Below, one piece after another: positions 25,826 through 38,500 of a DNA stretch of 56,206 nt (position 1 is its first letter; every line of letters begins with the position of its first letter). The position numbers and the translations under genes were made by a program. Origin of the DNA: Catajapyx aquilonaris (lineage: Eukaryota); contig JYFJ02002478.1 of the NCBI GenBank assembly GCA_000934665.2, forward strand, positions 1-56,206. Reading direction: 5' to 3'. Under the pieces are notes generated by a model. That model was not told the DNA's origin. It saw only the letters and a list, made by a program, of their open reading frames with translations, and did not search any database.

Positions 25826-28803
25826 TGCTGCACATATTTCATTCTTAATGTAAATTTCGGTAAATTATTAAACCTCTAAAATGCTTGCATTTGGATCGAC
25901 GTTCCTTCTCATTCCATGCAAATTGTTTTTAACCGTGAAGAAAGTGAAAGGCTACTTTTGCATCCATAATAAAGTGCATTAGGAAGTATTTCCATCAGAG
26001 GCGGATGTTTAGTGGGATCAGCTTTTTTAATATAAAAAAAGTAAGTGCCTCGATACAGCAGCTAATAAATACTGTATAAGAAGCTGAGTGACGCGAATGA
26101 AACCTTTTCTTGTAATCCCATTAGAAAATGACGACACTCGATTTTTTTCCCGTGCATTGCGCATTATTATGGAATTGCGAGTTGCATCACTTTTTTTTTT
26201 TTTTGGTGAGGTCATAGACATGGAATTAACACTCATTATCAAATCATGGGTAGCATTGACACGTCATTTTTATACAATTGGAGATTTGCGTAATTAATAT
26301 CTTCGTGAATGTCATTGTTGTTTTTGATTAATATATTATATTTATTTTTAATATATTTTTGAAAATATAAAATTGTTGAATGATGTATTGGGTTTGTTGT
26401 GCCGAGACAGCTGTGGTGACGCTAGAGGTAGGCCTTTGTCCGTTCTCTCCTCTGCGGCAGTTTTGCTCTCTGCCTTTATTATCAGTATTACGCCCATAAT
26501 TATCGTCATAATTATCTGCACGGCCATAAATCTCACCTAGGTAATATTACAAAAAAATGTACGTGGTGTGTACAGTACACTAGTAGAAGAGCCAGTTCTT
26601 CGCACGGCATAATGTTACCGTGGCACCATTGATGTTGGTGGGTGAGTGTTGCCTATTAAGATACCGGTAGTCTTAATAATCCAAGTGCCTCCCAGGCAAT
26701 GAAACGTACGATCTTAATATTATTCATGGGTACTTTCATTAACTATACTCAGTTTTATAATTTCACTTGCTAATGACATTGTTGCCAGATTGTAACTTCA
26801 GCACTCAAGTTCTGATTCATGCTGGATTTTATGCACTAATGCAGCATTGTCCGGTTTAGATATTCCATCTACAACATTTATATACACGTGGTCATCGAAG
26901 TAGTATAAGGTCTGTCGGCACACTCACAGTGAAAGTGTGGATTTCCAAAGGCACTCAAACATAAACCGACACGATTGGGGAAACTTGCGTTAAACCCCCA
27001 TCACTTTGCACGGGGGCTATTCAGATACTCTGCTGCACATATATACAAACCTCACTTTCCAACAATATTCCTGGAAGACGGATTAATACTGCCAGTGCCT
27101 ATTGTTGGCCGTGAGAATCCCCGGTGAATGACAGGCGGTCAGTGGATATACACAGTGGTATGGTTCCGAAGAGGGGTTCTTTGGACACAAATCGGATTAA
27201 AAGGGGCTGGGTCAATGTTTGGGTCGAGGAAGCTAATATTATTGGCCGTGCTGGATCCCTCCTCGTACAATCAAAACTGGCCCCGCTTTTGCATGGTAGG
27301 GTCCTTCATTATGTAAGGCCTGGTGGGTGCAGCGATACCGGTTATACAGGCACAACTCCCGAAGAGATTTACTCTCTTGAGTAGTTTTAAAGCGGTACCG
27401 GGGAGCCCGAGATAAGTGATATTATTTCAACTTTTGCACTTATCAAGCCTTTACACCTTCACCCAAGAAACGGCGATAAAAATGCTTGGAATTAAAATCA
27501 GAGGATGGAGCTGGTTTGGAACTGAAAAAAAGAGAGACAGGGTGAGCTTTAAGCACTTGCACTTTAGTCCTTATTTCCAAACCGGGGAGAACATAAAGTC
27601 GATAGCATCATGGGGGAAAGGGGGTCTATCGGAATTATTCTCAACACGCCGTGTGCAGTGGTTTTATGGAAATTGTTTCGAGATTGTACTGTACTATAGG
27701 GGGATGAAAAAAAGTGTGGGCCCGCCTTGCATCGAGTCAAATAAGGGCCTGTATTTTTTTTTAAATAGGGGGCACTTTCTCGGGGTTCATGACCCGATGA
27801 GATTGAGGAATAGTATCAGGTTAATAAGGTAATTCAGGACATACTCATGGTCCGGAACGTTGTAGGATGAGCTCATGTGCAGAATACCATACATTGAATA
27901 ATTCATTTTGGACGTCTCCACAACCATTTTTTTTAAAAAAAGACATGTTATTACAAAAAATGTAAAGTGCATTACTCATTTGAAATGAACCCCAAAATGC
28001 TCATTTGGTTCCATTCAGCATCCTCCCTTGGGATTGTACCGATTCTGGACCCCTCTTCCCCCAACACACACATTCACCTCTTGTCCACACACAAAAAAAA
28101 TGGTGGCAGCAGTTATCGTACACACGAACCTGTAATGAACATTGTCAGGTGCATTAGCGCCGGAGCTGACACAACCGTATCCTGTCACCGAGCCTCTAAT
28201 GAGGACGCCATGGGGAGGGGTCTTGCGACACATCAAGTTCATTCCCGTCACAACGTAACCAGGTCATTATTGCAGCAAGCAACAAGAGATCCCGGGCTGC
28301 TGGAACATCCAGTATATATGATGCGTGGGGGAGGGGGAAGCCTGACCACACAATGAAGTATAGGACAACGCGTCGGCAAGCTCACTGACAAATTTGCACG
28401 TAATTATTGCGGACTTGTTGGCGAAACATCCAGTCCCCAACCTAAGCGTCGGGTGAAAAGAGAACCTTGATTACATTTGCGTCTAGTTCCCCCATCCCTA
28501 TCGCAATTTGACGGGCATAATTTAGTTCGAGCCGGACAATGACAACTCTACACCAGGTGATAATGTGATTGTAGAGCGTGATGGCTGCATTTCCAAGGGG
28601 TTTGAACGCCGCAATCAGTATTGTTTCTAGTGTCTACGAGATATGCCAAGTATAAAAGGTGGTCGTGAATAATATGGTCCTGGTCTTGGTCTGGGATTTG
28701 GAAAAGTACACGAGCAGCTCAACCATACATGTATTCCACCACTTTTCAGCATCAAAATGTCAATCCTGGAAAAATTATCGGGGATTTAAAAGTCACTCTC
28801 AAA

Positions 28804-29010
28804 TTGGCGGGAAAAATGGGGCGTGGCCTAAAAGCGCATTCCCACTCCTGCCTGACCACAGTGACGTCAGAAGACCTGTGCACCTGCTTTACTTGGCGGT
28901 CGTTCGATTTCGTTGTTAAAGGGTCACCAACAAAGCAAACAAACAATGTAACAAAGCAACCCGGGTGCGTTCCTGCCTCTGCACCGATCTATTTAGCCTT
29001 AGTGACGTCA
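28804..29010. promoter_or_regulatory. Promoter-like motif cluster (E2F, Sp/KLF, two CRE sites)
   Basis: TTGGCGGGAAAA 28804-28815 (E2F consensus on the minus strand), GGGGCGTGGC 28818-28827, and TGACGTCA at 28862-28869 and 29003-29010, both in the same AGTGACGTCAGA context. Confidence 0.35.
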
Positions 29011-29229
29011 GAGGGCAATACGCTACCGTATAATTAATATGACTTTAGATCGATCACAGCTCGATAACTAATACGTATTTCTTCAAACAAAAAAAACACC
29101 CAGATTATTTTAAAAATTATGATGATTTTGCAAAATGTAGGATATGACCCCATTACCGTTTAATATTATGCGACATCTTTATACCAATTTTTTCTCAGTG
29201 TACGGCGCATGGTACGACCATTAGAAGTG

Positions 29230-29268
29230 GCAATGCCATTTCCAGGGAAGTGCACCTGAATCACCCTG
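29230..29268 (-). mobile_element. Isolated mariner-like terminal sequence (TA|CAGGGTGATTCAG on the minus strand)
   Basis: The plus strand reads ctgaatcaccctg followed by TA (29269-29270). The inner boundary of the element is unknown. Confidence 0.35.
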
Positions 29269-32200
29269 TACATTGATGATTTGGAGGAGTGTGTCAGGGG
29301 CTTGACTCGTCCACAAACATAACCGACAGACCGAGGCCAATTGATTTTCATTAGGCAAAGTTTGGGGGGGTTTTCGGCCCCCCCTGCCGAGTTTGGGAGC
29401 TAGCACCTCGAATAAAGCCTATTTAGAGGTGGCAAGAAGTGCAGTGCAGTATTCTGTAGGCTTTAGGCGTTAGGCTGCAGAGAGTCCAGGTGAATGTCAT
29501 CCTTTCAGCGACACGCGCCGTAACTTTCGAAGGAGCGTGGGGTTGGGAGTTGGAGGAGGGGGGGTTTCGCCAACTAGGATTCCTTGGAGAAACTTGCAAG
29601 GCAAATGGAGGAAGCCAATTCACTGGGGCTGCAGGCAGGCAGGCACTCACGACTTACTCGGTACTCCATTTCCCGCCCAACTTTGCGCCACTTCTTAATT
29701 GGGTTTAATGCGGGGATTACTCTGCCAAAGATGGGGAAAAACGGAATTAAGTTGGGGGGGGGGGGGNGGGGGGTGGAAGGGATGGTCCAATCCGGCCGTT
29801 GCACTGGATCTTGCACCGCTGCCAAACTACCCTTGGTTTTTTTAAAAAAAGGAGGCAGAGAGGAAATGGTGTTGCGGGTTGTTTTAAACCAAAAGCGAAA
29901 TCTGGATTTTCTCACACTTAACAAATTGCCAAAGGGTTTGTGTTGAAGTACCTTTTCGTGTAAACGATTCACAGTACTGGACCATATATTTGAAGAATAC
30001 TTTGTAATACTTTCAGTGTGAAAAAAGCGATCGGTGTTCGAGACGCGCACAATACACGCCATGTAACTGGCCCCCCTCCTATGCAAAGTTACCTGCCCGA
30101 ATAAATCTCGAAACGAGTTTTGGAGGCAAGGCTTTCCCTTCCGCGTGGCTACCTCGCTGCCGGTGGTGATGCATAGTCCATCAAAAGAAGCTTTTCCGGC
30201 CTGGACTCATGCAATTTCATGCAAAAGGCTTCCGGATAAAAACCCCTACTCCCCATATCCCTCCTCCACATCGGACCCCCCCCTCGGAGTACCTGATTTT
30301 GCAGTTTGGTCAGATTCCTCTGCCTCAACAATTTCCTCCTCACGACAGGCCTCCACCTTTAAAAAAAATGCTGGACCAATATTTCCTCTCGGTGAATGAG
30401 CACTGGAAACCGAACTGTCCTACATGCCGAGGCCATTGTGTTTGGCTGCAACCACGCTCTGTTTAATTTTCAATTGCGGTCCCAGCTGAGACCACATTGC
30501 AGGTATACAACTCGAGTATATGCACTGCCGGAGAGGAGAGAGAGAGAGATCTTTTGTGTGCAACCGCGTAACAGTAAGGCTTTTTCTGAGAGGCACCACT
30601 TCAATAATGAAGGCGGGCGCAGTGCTGAAAAGGGAGCCCAGAGGACCAGCCCGCAACTTTTCAGACGTGTACTGCATGCTTCAAATCACGTGTGACGAAT
30701 TGGTAACTGCATCCAGGTTGAGTTCTTGGAACAGAGGACGTTTGCACTATATGGCGGCAGATGCTTTGGTGAAGTTATTCCTGATAAATAATTGAAATGT
30801 GCAGAGTTTCACATTCCCAGTGAGTGGATGGAGCTAATATTGTTTGAGAGATGTTTAGGGCTACTCTGACAACAATGATTATGTTGTGCATTACATTTTT
30901 ACTGGCGTTATTCGTTGTTTCAAACTCGCATTAAAAATTTTGAAGTGTCATTATATTTTGCAGTGGTGACATCGCAGTGTGAAAGCAATTTCAGCCTATC
31001 AAACCATGACTAAATTTTTGTTTGTTGTTACTTTGGTACGGTATAACTTTTGTTTTCGGGACTAGATACAGAATTGACCACATGGACATTTATGAATATT
31101 TAGAAGCAGAAAATATATCTGTGATGTCCAACAGCTGCCCTTAATAATATACGAAAGTAACTTTTTAATAAGTTTAAAACACGAAAAGCTTGGCTTTTGC
31201 TCATAAATGCATCAACCAAAATGTTTGTTTTGTTTGTTTGTAAGCGTTTATTTAATCCAGGGTCGGTCTGCCACTCGTGCCGCTGCATCAAGCTAAGTGC
31301 GTTGCCCATTTTAGTACGGTTTGTCATGTTGTTTGGTAGTCCGTTTGTAGAGAGGCCTATATGAACAAACCTTTGGAGGTAAGTAGTGTTGGACATAAAT
31401 CGAGGAAAATGTCGCTGGCAATATGCCTCGATTTATGTCCAACACTGTACTCCCAGAAGTAAAATGCGTTATCTGCACCTTCAGTGAGGTCGACATAATG
31501 TATAAAAATTAAGTATGTGCGAATCTACACAGAGAGCTCTTATGGCATACTTGGTGTTCTATTGGTCATACGCCCATGGCAAACACGCCGCTTGAAACAA
31601 GAGCTGTCATAGTTAACTGCAAAATGACAAAAGGTGCACTATTTTCTTTTACCCTTGAGCATAAATACAGGTCGGTTACATCTTCTACGTAAACATAAGT
31701 GTGACAGAATATTGTGTAAGTAGAGCATTTATGACAGATGGCCTTGTACTGTACAAGTTGTTTTTAAATGCAACGGGCCAGGAAGGGGGACAGAGGCGGG
31801 CAGCCCAAATCCGCTCGCCACAAATGATTCCTGTAATGATTCCAGGTATCACATTTTGCTGTCAAAAGCATCAGAAAGAGGAGGTTTTATAATGCTTCAG
31901 GCCCGGGTTGGCCCTCCAAGTCAGAAATCCAGACGCCCCTTTAAAAAAAACCCTGGAACACGCAGTGAAATAAAATTGCAGATTTCTCATGGGCCGCGTA
32001 AAAATTCATCCGATTCAGAGTTCCGTTTAGTGAATAATGCATAGGACGCTTGCGGCGAAAACTACGGCTTAAGGAGCACACCTGGCAGGTTCTTGTGGCT
32101 CGCCTTCTTATACAGGTAGTGGTTGGTACAATTGGGCCGAAACTTTGCCTCTTACAATATTTCTGCCCCCCCACCTCTGGGAAATCCCTCGTCCTCACTA

Positions 32201-33703
32201 GCGCAAGTGCAATTACCTAAAGTAAGCCGCCAGAACATTACTGGAACTACGAGATACTTTCCGGAATAAGAGGCGCGTGTGTACCGTGCATTTCTCCCCG
32301 GAGAACTCGGGCTCGGAGGCCACAGAATATTCGTGTCCTCGTTTTCTCTTCGCGTCGTGTATATTTATACGAGCAAAAGGGCTTGTCTTCTGCTTGCTTT
32401 GGATGGGGAGGCAGATGTTTTGTGTAGTCCTGGGCCTTGCTGTAATGGACTGGGATGGAAGAAGAATACGGAGACATATTTTTGATTTGCATTTTATGAG
32501 CCGGATCGTCCTTGCTAATTTGGACTACTTGCAAGCGTTTGTTTCGTGTATTAATTAGAGGGCATGGCTCGTTTCCCCTGTTTAATTAAAAAGACCGACT
32601 TTCTTTTAATATTGGCTGCCTGGTCGAGAAGTGTAGGATCAATGGGAACTGTCCCTATTTTTTTCTCTCTCTCTCTCGCATTGCTGTTCGCTACCTTTTC
32701 CGAGTAAAAATTGCAATTTATTTGCTGCACAGCACGGTAGCATTAAAAACATTCTTTGTAATTCACTCTCTGCATTCGTGCATTGCAAAATATTCGTCAT
32801 TAATATAGTAGGGCTCCCAGGCTAGTAGGACAGAGGAGGTAATTTGTTTACCTCTGACGTTTTAGATGTGGTATTACAATAGTTACCGGGTAGCCTTGTC
32901 AGCGGATACACATCTATTGAAAGAAATGCAGTGGAATATGTAGGTGAAAGAAGTGTAAGCGTATTTTGCATATATATTGATATTACTTATTTATAACTCT
33001 CTTGGGAAACTTATCGAAAACAAACGTGGAATCAAGGCAATGTTAAGCTGGTTCATTACTTCGTGATGTGTTTACGTATTTTTCTATCTTTGATAATGCT
33101 TTCTACGTTTATGCCCTTAGCTTTGTCAGTTGTATAGTATTGTTATGCTGCCAAAATGTAGTGCTGGAAACAATTTGTCAGTAATATAATAAGGTATGTT
33201 TTGCGGCTGCTGTTACCAGTAGGATCCTTCTCGATGCGTTTGTCTTGGCAACACTTCTCAGGAGCGTGTAATAAGGAAGAGCATTGGCCGGTAGGCATTT
33301 GCGTAATTTCCCGAAAGCCTGACGCTATGTGGCATTGTCTTGTCCGCAGATCCTTTTGCCAAATGAGCTGCTTAAAATGAAACCACTCCATTGTATAGCT
33401 GACTGGCCGGATACATTCGCTTTCTTCGCAATGCATTATGCTTTAAACTTTAAAGCAAAGGAAGATGTGAGGTAGCCGTCTAGCCTGGGGCACAATGTAC
33501 TGAATTATAGTAACAAGGGCTTACGCTGCGGTAATGAGCTAAGAACACGTCTTTTGAAGTATAGCTAATTTCCAACCCCTGGAGGTTGTTACGAGTTAGC
33601 TGAAATATTTTCTTCATATGTAGCGGAAGGAAGAGGCGTTGAAAGTTTATGCTAGAATTTGGCTTTTGACCGAACTTTCCTTAATTGCACTAACTTCGAC
33701 GAG

Positions 33704-33704
<1 letters not shown>

Positions 33705-33759
<55 letters not shown>
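33705..33759. repeat. (ATC)18 microsatellite
   Basis: Uninterrupted ATC triplets. Confidence 0.98.
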
Positions 33760-35455
33760 GGTAGTTAGCGATGAAGAAGACGACAGTTAACTCCGCTAAT
33801 TAACTAGAACAACAAACAATTGTTTCTGACAATAGAATACAGCAATAACGAGGAGAATCTCTCGACATTCGACCTTCAGTGGTGCAGCCCCAATAATTGC
33901 ACTTTTTTGCCCTCTTCGACGCAATATCTAAACCACTTATTAATTGGCAGGTAGCTGCAGGCACAATAAACAAAAATCTGGAATTTGCCAATGATTAACA
34001 TTTGCACTGAAAAATTAATTTTGCACCTTCTAAACTTTCAATCAGGACCATGTACACCGTTTGGGATCAAAGGTAAACTGCTGCCGTATCAACTTTGCAA
34101 AATTACTTCACCCATCCCTCGAAAGGTTTCTCCCATCCTGATCGAAAAAAAAAATCTCCAACCCGATACCAATAACATACCCTTTAACCCAAGGCAATCC
34201 CCAAAACTTTTGCGATCTAACATGAGAAAGCTATGTAGCAACCGGTATTTATATTACAGAAGACTCGCATTTCTCACGAGACCCAGTTTTGAAATTATGA
34301 GATCATAATTTATTTATCAGCCTGGTAGGGATTGGGGGGGGAGGGGGTGGATTAGACTATGTTGTTTAAAGGCTTTACAGAAGGAAAGGCAAAGTACCGG
34401 ACGGGCCTTAAATTTGGGGCTGTGAATGAGCTTTGGGAGCAATCAGCGTCGTCCTTAGGCCCCAACTTGGCGGATTCTCATTTACATGGCTGGGAAAAGG
34501 GGAGGTGAAGGGACCTGTAGAGCGTGTTATCACAAGGCGAGATCCTCTTTGAAGGCGCTAATCCGGAGCCATCAAAGGCAACGGTGGGGGAGGATGTTGT
34601 GAAAGGTGGGATGGATAAGAGTAGAGACAGAACAGGGTCCGTAGAAAGTTGTGTCTTGAAACCATCTTGAGGTCTGACTTAACCGACGGTCAATTAGACA
34701 AAAAAAAACCGCTAGGAAAATTCGTCTTCCCAGTTTGCAACTCGTTCTCTCCTAGTTTGGGAGATAAGTGTCGCTTTTTGGGAGACTGGGATTCGTCGAG
34801 TGAGACTGCTGGGCGATAAAGTCGTCGCTGTCGTTTCAGGCAAAAGGGTGGTGGAGGAGGAAGGGGTAAAAAGGGCTGAGATGGCGGGCGAAAAGTGGAG
34901 GAGAGACTAAATTATCAGAGGACAGAAAGTTTGCTGACGCTTCATGGAAATGTGACGAACGTTTTACGGCAGACGTGGGAGCAAACTGCTTCCAGGCAGT
35001 TTAAAAAAAAAGAGTGAGACAACGTTATCAGGCTGAGACGACTTGACAAGTAAGAGTCGACGACATTGTCTTCACACACTGTCGTCAACGCTTCAGCTGG
35101 AAGAGGGGTTTAGCGCATAATTACATCTGTGACATTAAGTGTAAGTTTGAAAATTGCGTGAGATACAGCTTGTTTCAATATCCACGACAAATCAAGGAAG
35201 TAACTCAGAAAGGCTGTCACAAACAAACCGATCACCACCTAGCAATTACTCGGAATATCTATACTGCAGTGTAAGCTCATACATAATTTAAATTAGACAT
35301 AGTACACTGCATGAATGCAGTGTTAATGCTTCCGTGAGTTCGGACTGTCATGCGATTTGCATTTGGTGAATAATACACCTTGGTGTCTGAAGAATGTTTC
35401 TTTCAGCAGGGTACAACGCAGCCTATAGTCCATGGTCTTCCTCTGAGGACGAATA

Positions 35456-35540
35456 CAGTAAAGCCTCGATATAAGGCTCTTCAAGGGACCGCCCAAAAGT
35501 ATAGCGTTGTATGCGGGAGCGTAGCATCGAGGTTTTACTG
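35456..35540. mobile_element. 85-bp MITE of Tc1/mariner superfamily (pogo/Tigger-like CAGT termini)
   Basis: TIRs cagtaaagcctcgat (35456-35470) and atcgaggttttactg (35526-35540) match at 14/15 positions. TA lies immediately to the left; the right flank is AA (possibly a mutated TA duplication). Confidence 0.7.
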
Positions 35541-38500
35541 AATAATGGAAAAAGTACTCTACGTAAGTGGTTTTAATTTACATAAAAATTGGTACAAATT
35601 AAAACCTATATGGGGCATTAAAATAAAGCCACTTCAAGCAGCTTTCAGAGTGCTTTTAAATGTGTTTTTAGCAGTGCAAACCACATGTTAGATTATGTAA
35701 CACTCCTAACGACTATATATTTAGTTACTTTCTCTGTTACGAAAAAAAAGTTGGAGTTTCGCAGGAAACTGTTGAAAACACTGCGTAACAGTTCAGGCCG
35801 TATGACTCACTCCAGGGAACGTTAGTGCTAGAAAGTTTGCGCTGAACTGTAGCCATAGATGTGTAGTGCATAGTGCTAATATAAATGATATAAATCCATG
35901 ATCTGGAACAGAAATAAAGTTATAGGTATATGAATCACTTTCAATTTTGCTTTCATTTCTTCCATATAATTGTAACGAACCTATTTTTGTGCAACCTCAG
36001 CCAACTGAAATGGTCTATTTATACTAATTCAACGTCACAGTATATAGGAGAGTAGTGTATAATAACAGCCGCTATTTCTGTTATATACGCAACGAGATTC
36101 CTTCAAAGGTTTCTCCGATAGTTATGACTTTCTTTTGCCACTCTCTCATAAAACTTGAGCAGCAAACCTAGACGTAATTCGATCTGGTCTCTCTTGTTCG
36201 CTGGCGTAACTACTGCACAAAAGCTCAAGAAAAGCAATGCATATTTAGGGAGCCAGTCTTCAAGGTTACTTTGTTTGTTCCCCTCCCTTCGCATGATGGC
36301 GAACACTCTATCTCCATGATGCACGATATCTCATTTGAACTTTCGCACCTTGAATGTGTCCTATGTAATATTTCGCAAAAGGAGAAGAGGAGGGTGAGGG
36401 AGATAAGGACGCCGCAAATTCATTCCCGGGAGTCAGATAAAGTGCATTGTTGTATAGCAGAAAAGTTATTGAAAGGGTTTCCCCGGCAGCGGAAACCTTT
36501 CGAGGGTTGGAGGGGGTTGTGGGGGCCGCATTTTTTTTCCATCACCAAAAACCTCTGTTGTGTATGGCTGGGTTTAAACTGCGTCTAAAAGTGAAGTAAA
36601 AGCGGTCGCATAATTCAGAAATGTTTTCCTTGCTGAAAATAACGCGGCGCGATATTTTAGCCAACCGCAAATGCCACTTGCACATTTGAGGTTTATAATA
36701 TTGAGAAGAATGCCGACCGCCTTTTGTTGGCACGCTGCTCCGAAGCTCGGGAAAACGTTACCACCTGTCTGGAATTCCAGGCAGCGGACTGCTTGTTGCC
36801 TCTTCCGGCTCCAACAGATACACATAAATACTGTACATAGCAACAGCCGCGTTTACTGTACAGAAAGGTAAGAAACATCCGGCATGTTGGAATAATTCAA
36901 TTATGCAGAGCTGTCCACAGGAACTGGGAAAGTTTTGTTCATCCCTCTGTTTACAGTTGGACAGAACAATTCGTTTAATATGCAGCTCTGGAGACAACTT
37001 TTCAGAGCAAGTGTACCCTTTATGTAATAAATGAATTAGGCCTATCTTACAAAATTATTACTCGCCCTATAGGGTGAGTTTACAAAGACACGAAATTCAG
37101 AATTATCAGTGATGCTTTGGTCAATATTGAAGCCTTGAATTACAGTGCTTGAAGGGTACTTCCTGGTGGTCAAGTCAGTCTTCTGATAGAGAAAGTACAT
37201 CCCCCTATAGAGAAACTGGTTAAAAATTCATCCTTTAAGCCCCAAGGGACAATTCAATATCTTCAAACCCTCTTATCTAGAAATCCGTCAAAACGACTAC
37301 GATCACTCTGTACTTAGGATTTTCATGTCATCCCTTTTCAGACAGTGAAAGGACTTTTATTTGCTGCTGAAATTATCAAATTCTGATGAATACACGGAAT
37401 ATTTTGCAAAATGTATTTTATACATTGCACATTGTACCCGTAAATATTAAGACAGCCATTGCAGTGATGAAGCTTCGAAAAGGAGCATTTATATTTAACG
37501 GACATCAGTAACAAAACCTCTCTAAATTATTTTTCCAAAATTATTTCAGCTTATTATAATTTCATATTCAACTGGGAAAATAAATAATCGCTAATGAAAT
37601 TAAAATATGATTTTAACAGGTTTTCCAGCATCTGCTTCAGTGCACAAATCCCAGCCCTGAATTGCAAACGTAATTATTCACACCCACTAAATCACTACAA
37701 CAGTTTGGAAAGGCAGCCACTGATTGCTGGTGACTCGGAGAAATACTGGATCACCCCCTTGTTTACACCCAATTTAAACAGGATTCCATGCTAATCCACT
37801 ATGCTCCAGTGACGCCACATAACTCACCATTTAAGGCCTGTCCTGCTCCTATTTTTTTCCTCCCCCAACTTCATTCCTCTCTGGTAGCCCATTTTCTGCT
37901 GCCAAACCAGCGACATAACTCACCTGCGTTGGCAGCATGTGACGTGGCCAACGTCGCTTGGTTCATGCCAAACCGAGACCATAATCCATCCCACCCCACC
38001 ATCATCCCTCCCATCCTCCCCCCTGCATTGTTGCGGTTGGCCTCGTGAATGACATTAACCGATCAATTAGGTGCTTCGGAAGCCATCAACATGTCAGAGT
38101 TCCTGCCACTTATTGAGTGCCAACGTGCCAAGAAGGTGCGTCAGTCTGCTTGCCTAATATTTCCCCAGTTAGCAGTTTCGAAAGAGCGATGAGGCAACAG
38201 GCTGATTGACACTTAACAAGAGGCAGTTGTTATAGACGGAGGTGGAAGTGCTCTGCACCCATATTAAGTCAAAGTGCTATCGAGTTGCATGAAAGTACGG
38301 GCTCATACATAATATTGCAAAGGTGTAAGTAGCAATCTGCGGTATTACCGTCATTTTGCATTCAGTTATTTATGAAAACTGAGTAGCCTACTTTCTCCTG
38401 TGCAGAGTTTCATTTATAGCAGTGACCCATAAAGGACATCGCACTGTAGTAATAACGAGTAAGGTCGAGGTTGCTATGATATAGTGTTGATAAGAAGAGT

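Noticed and set aside
26900..27400. Balanced-composition stretch with Cys/Gly fragments faintly resembling an EGF repeat on the minus strand
   Set aside because: It needs several frameshifts and the cysteine spacing is incomplete.
31261..31384. 118-nt segment bounded by an acceptor-like ccag and a consensus AG|GTAAGT donor
   Set aside because: All three frames contain stops, and one or two such donors are expected by chance in this much sequence.
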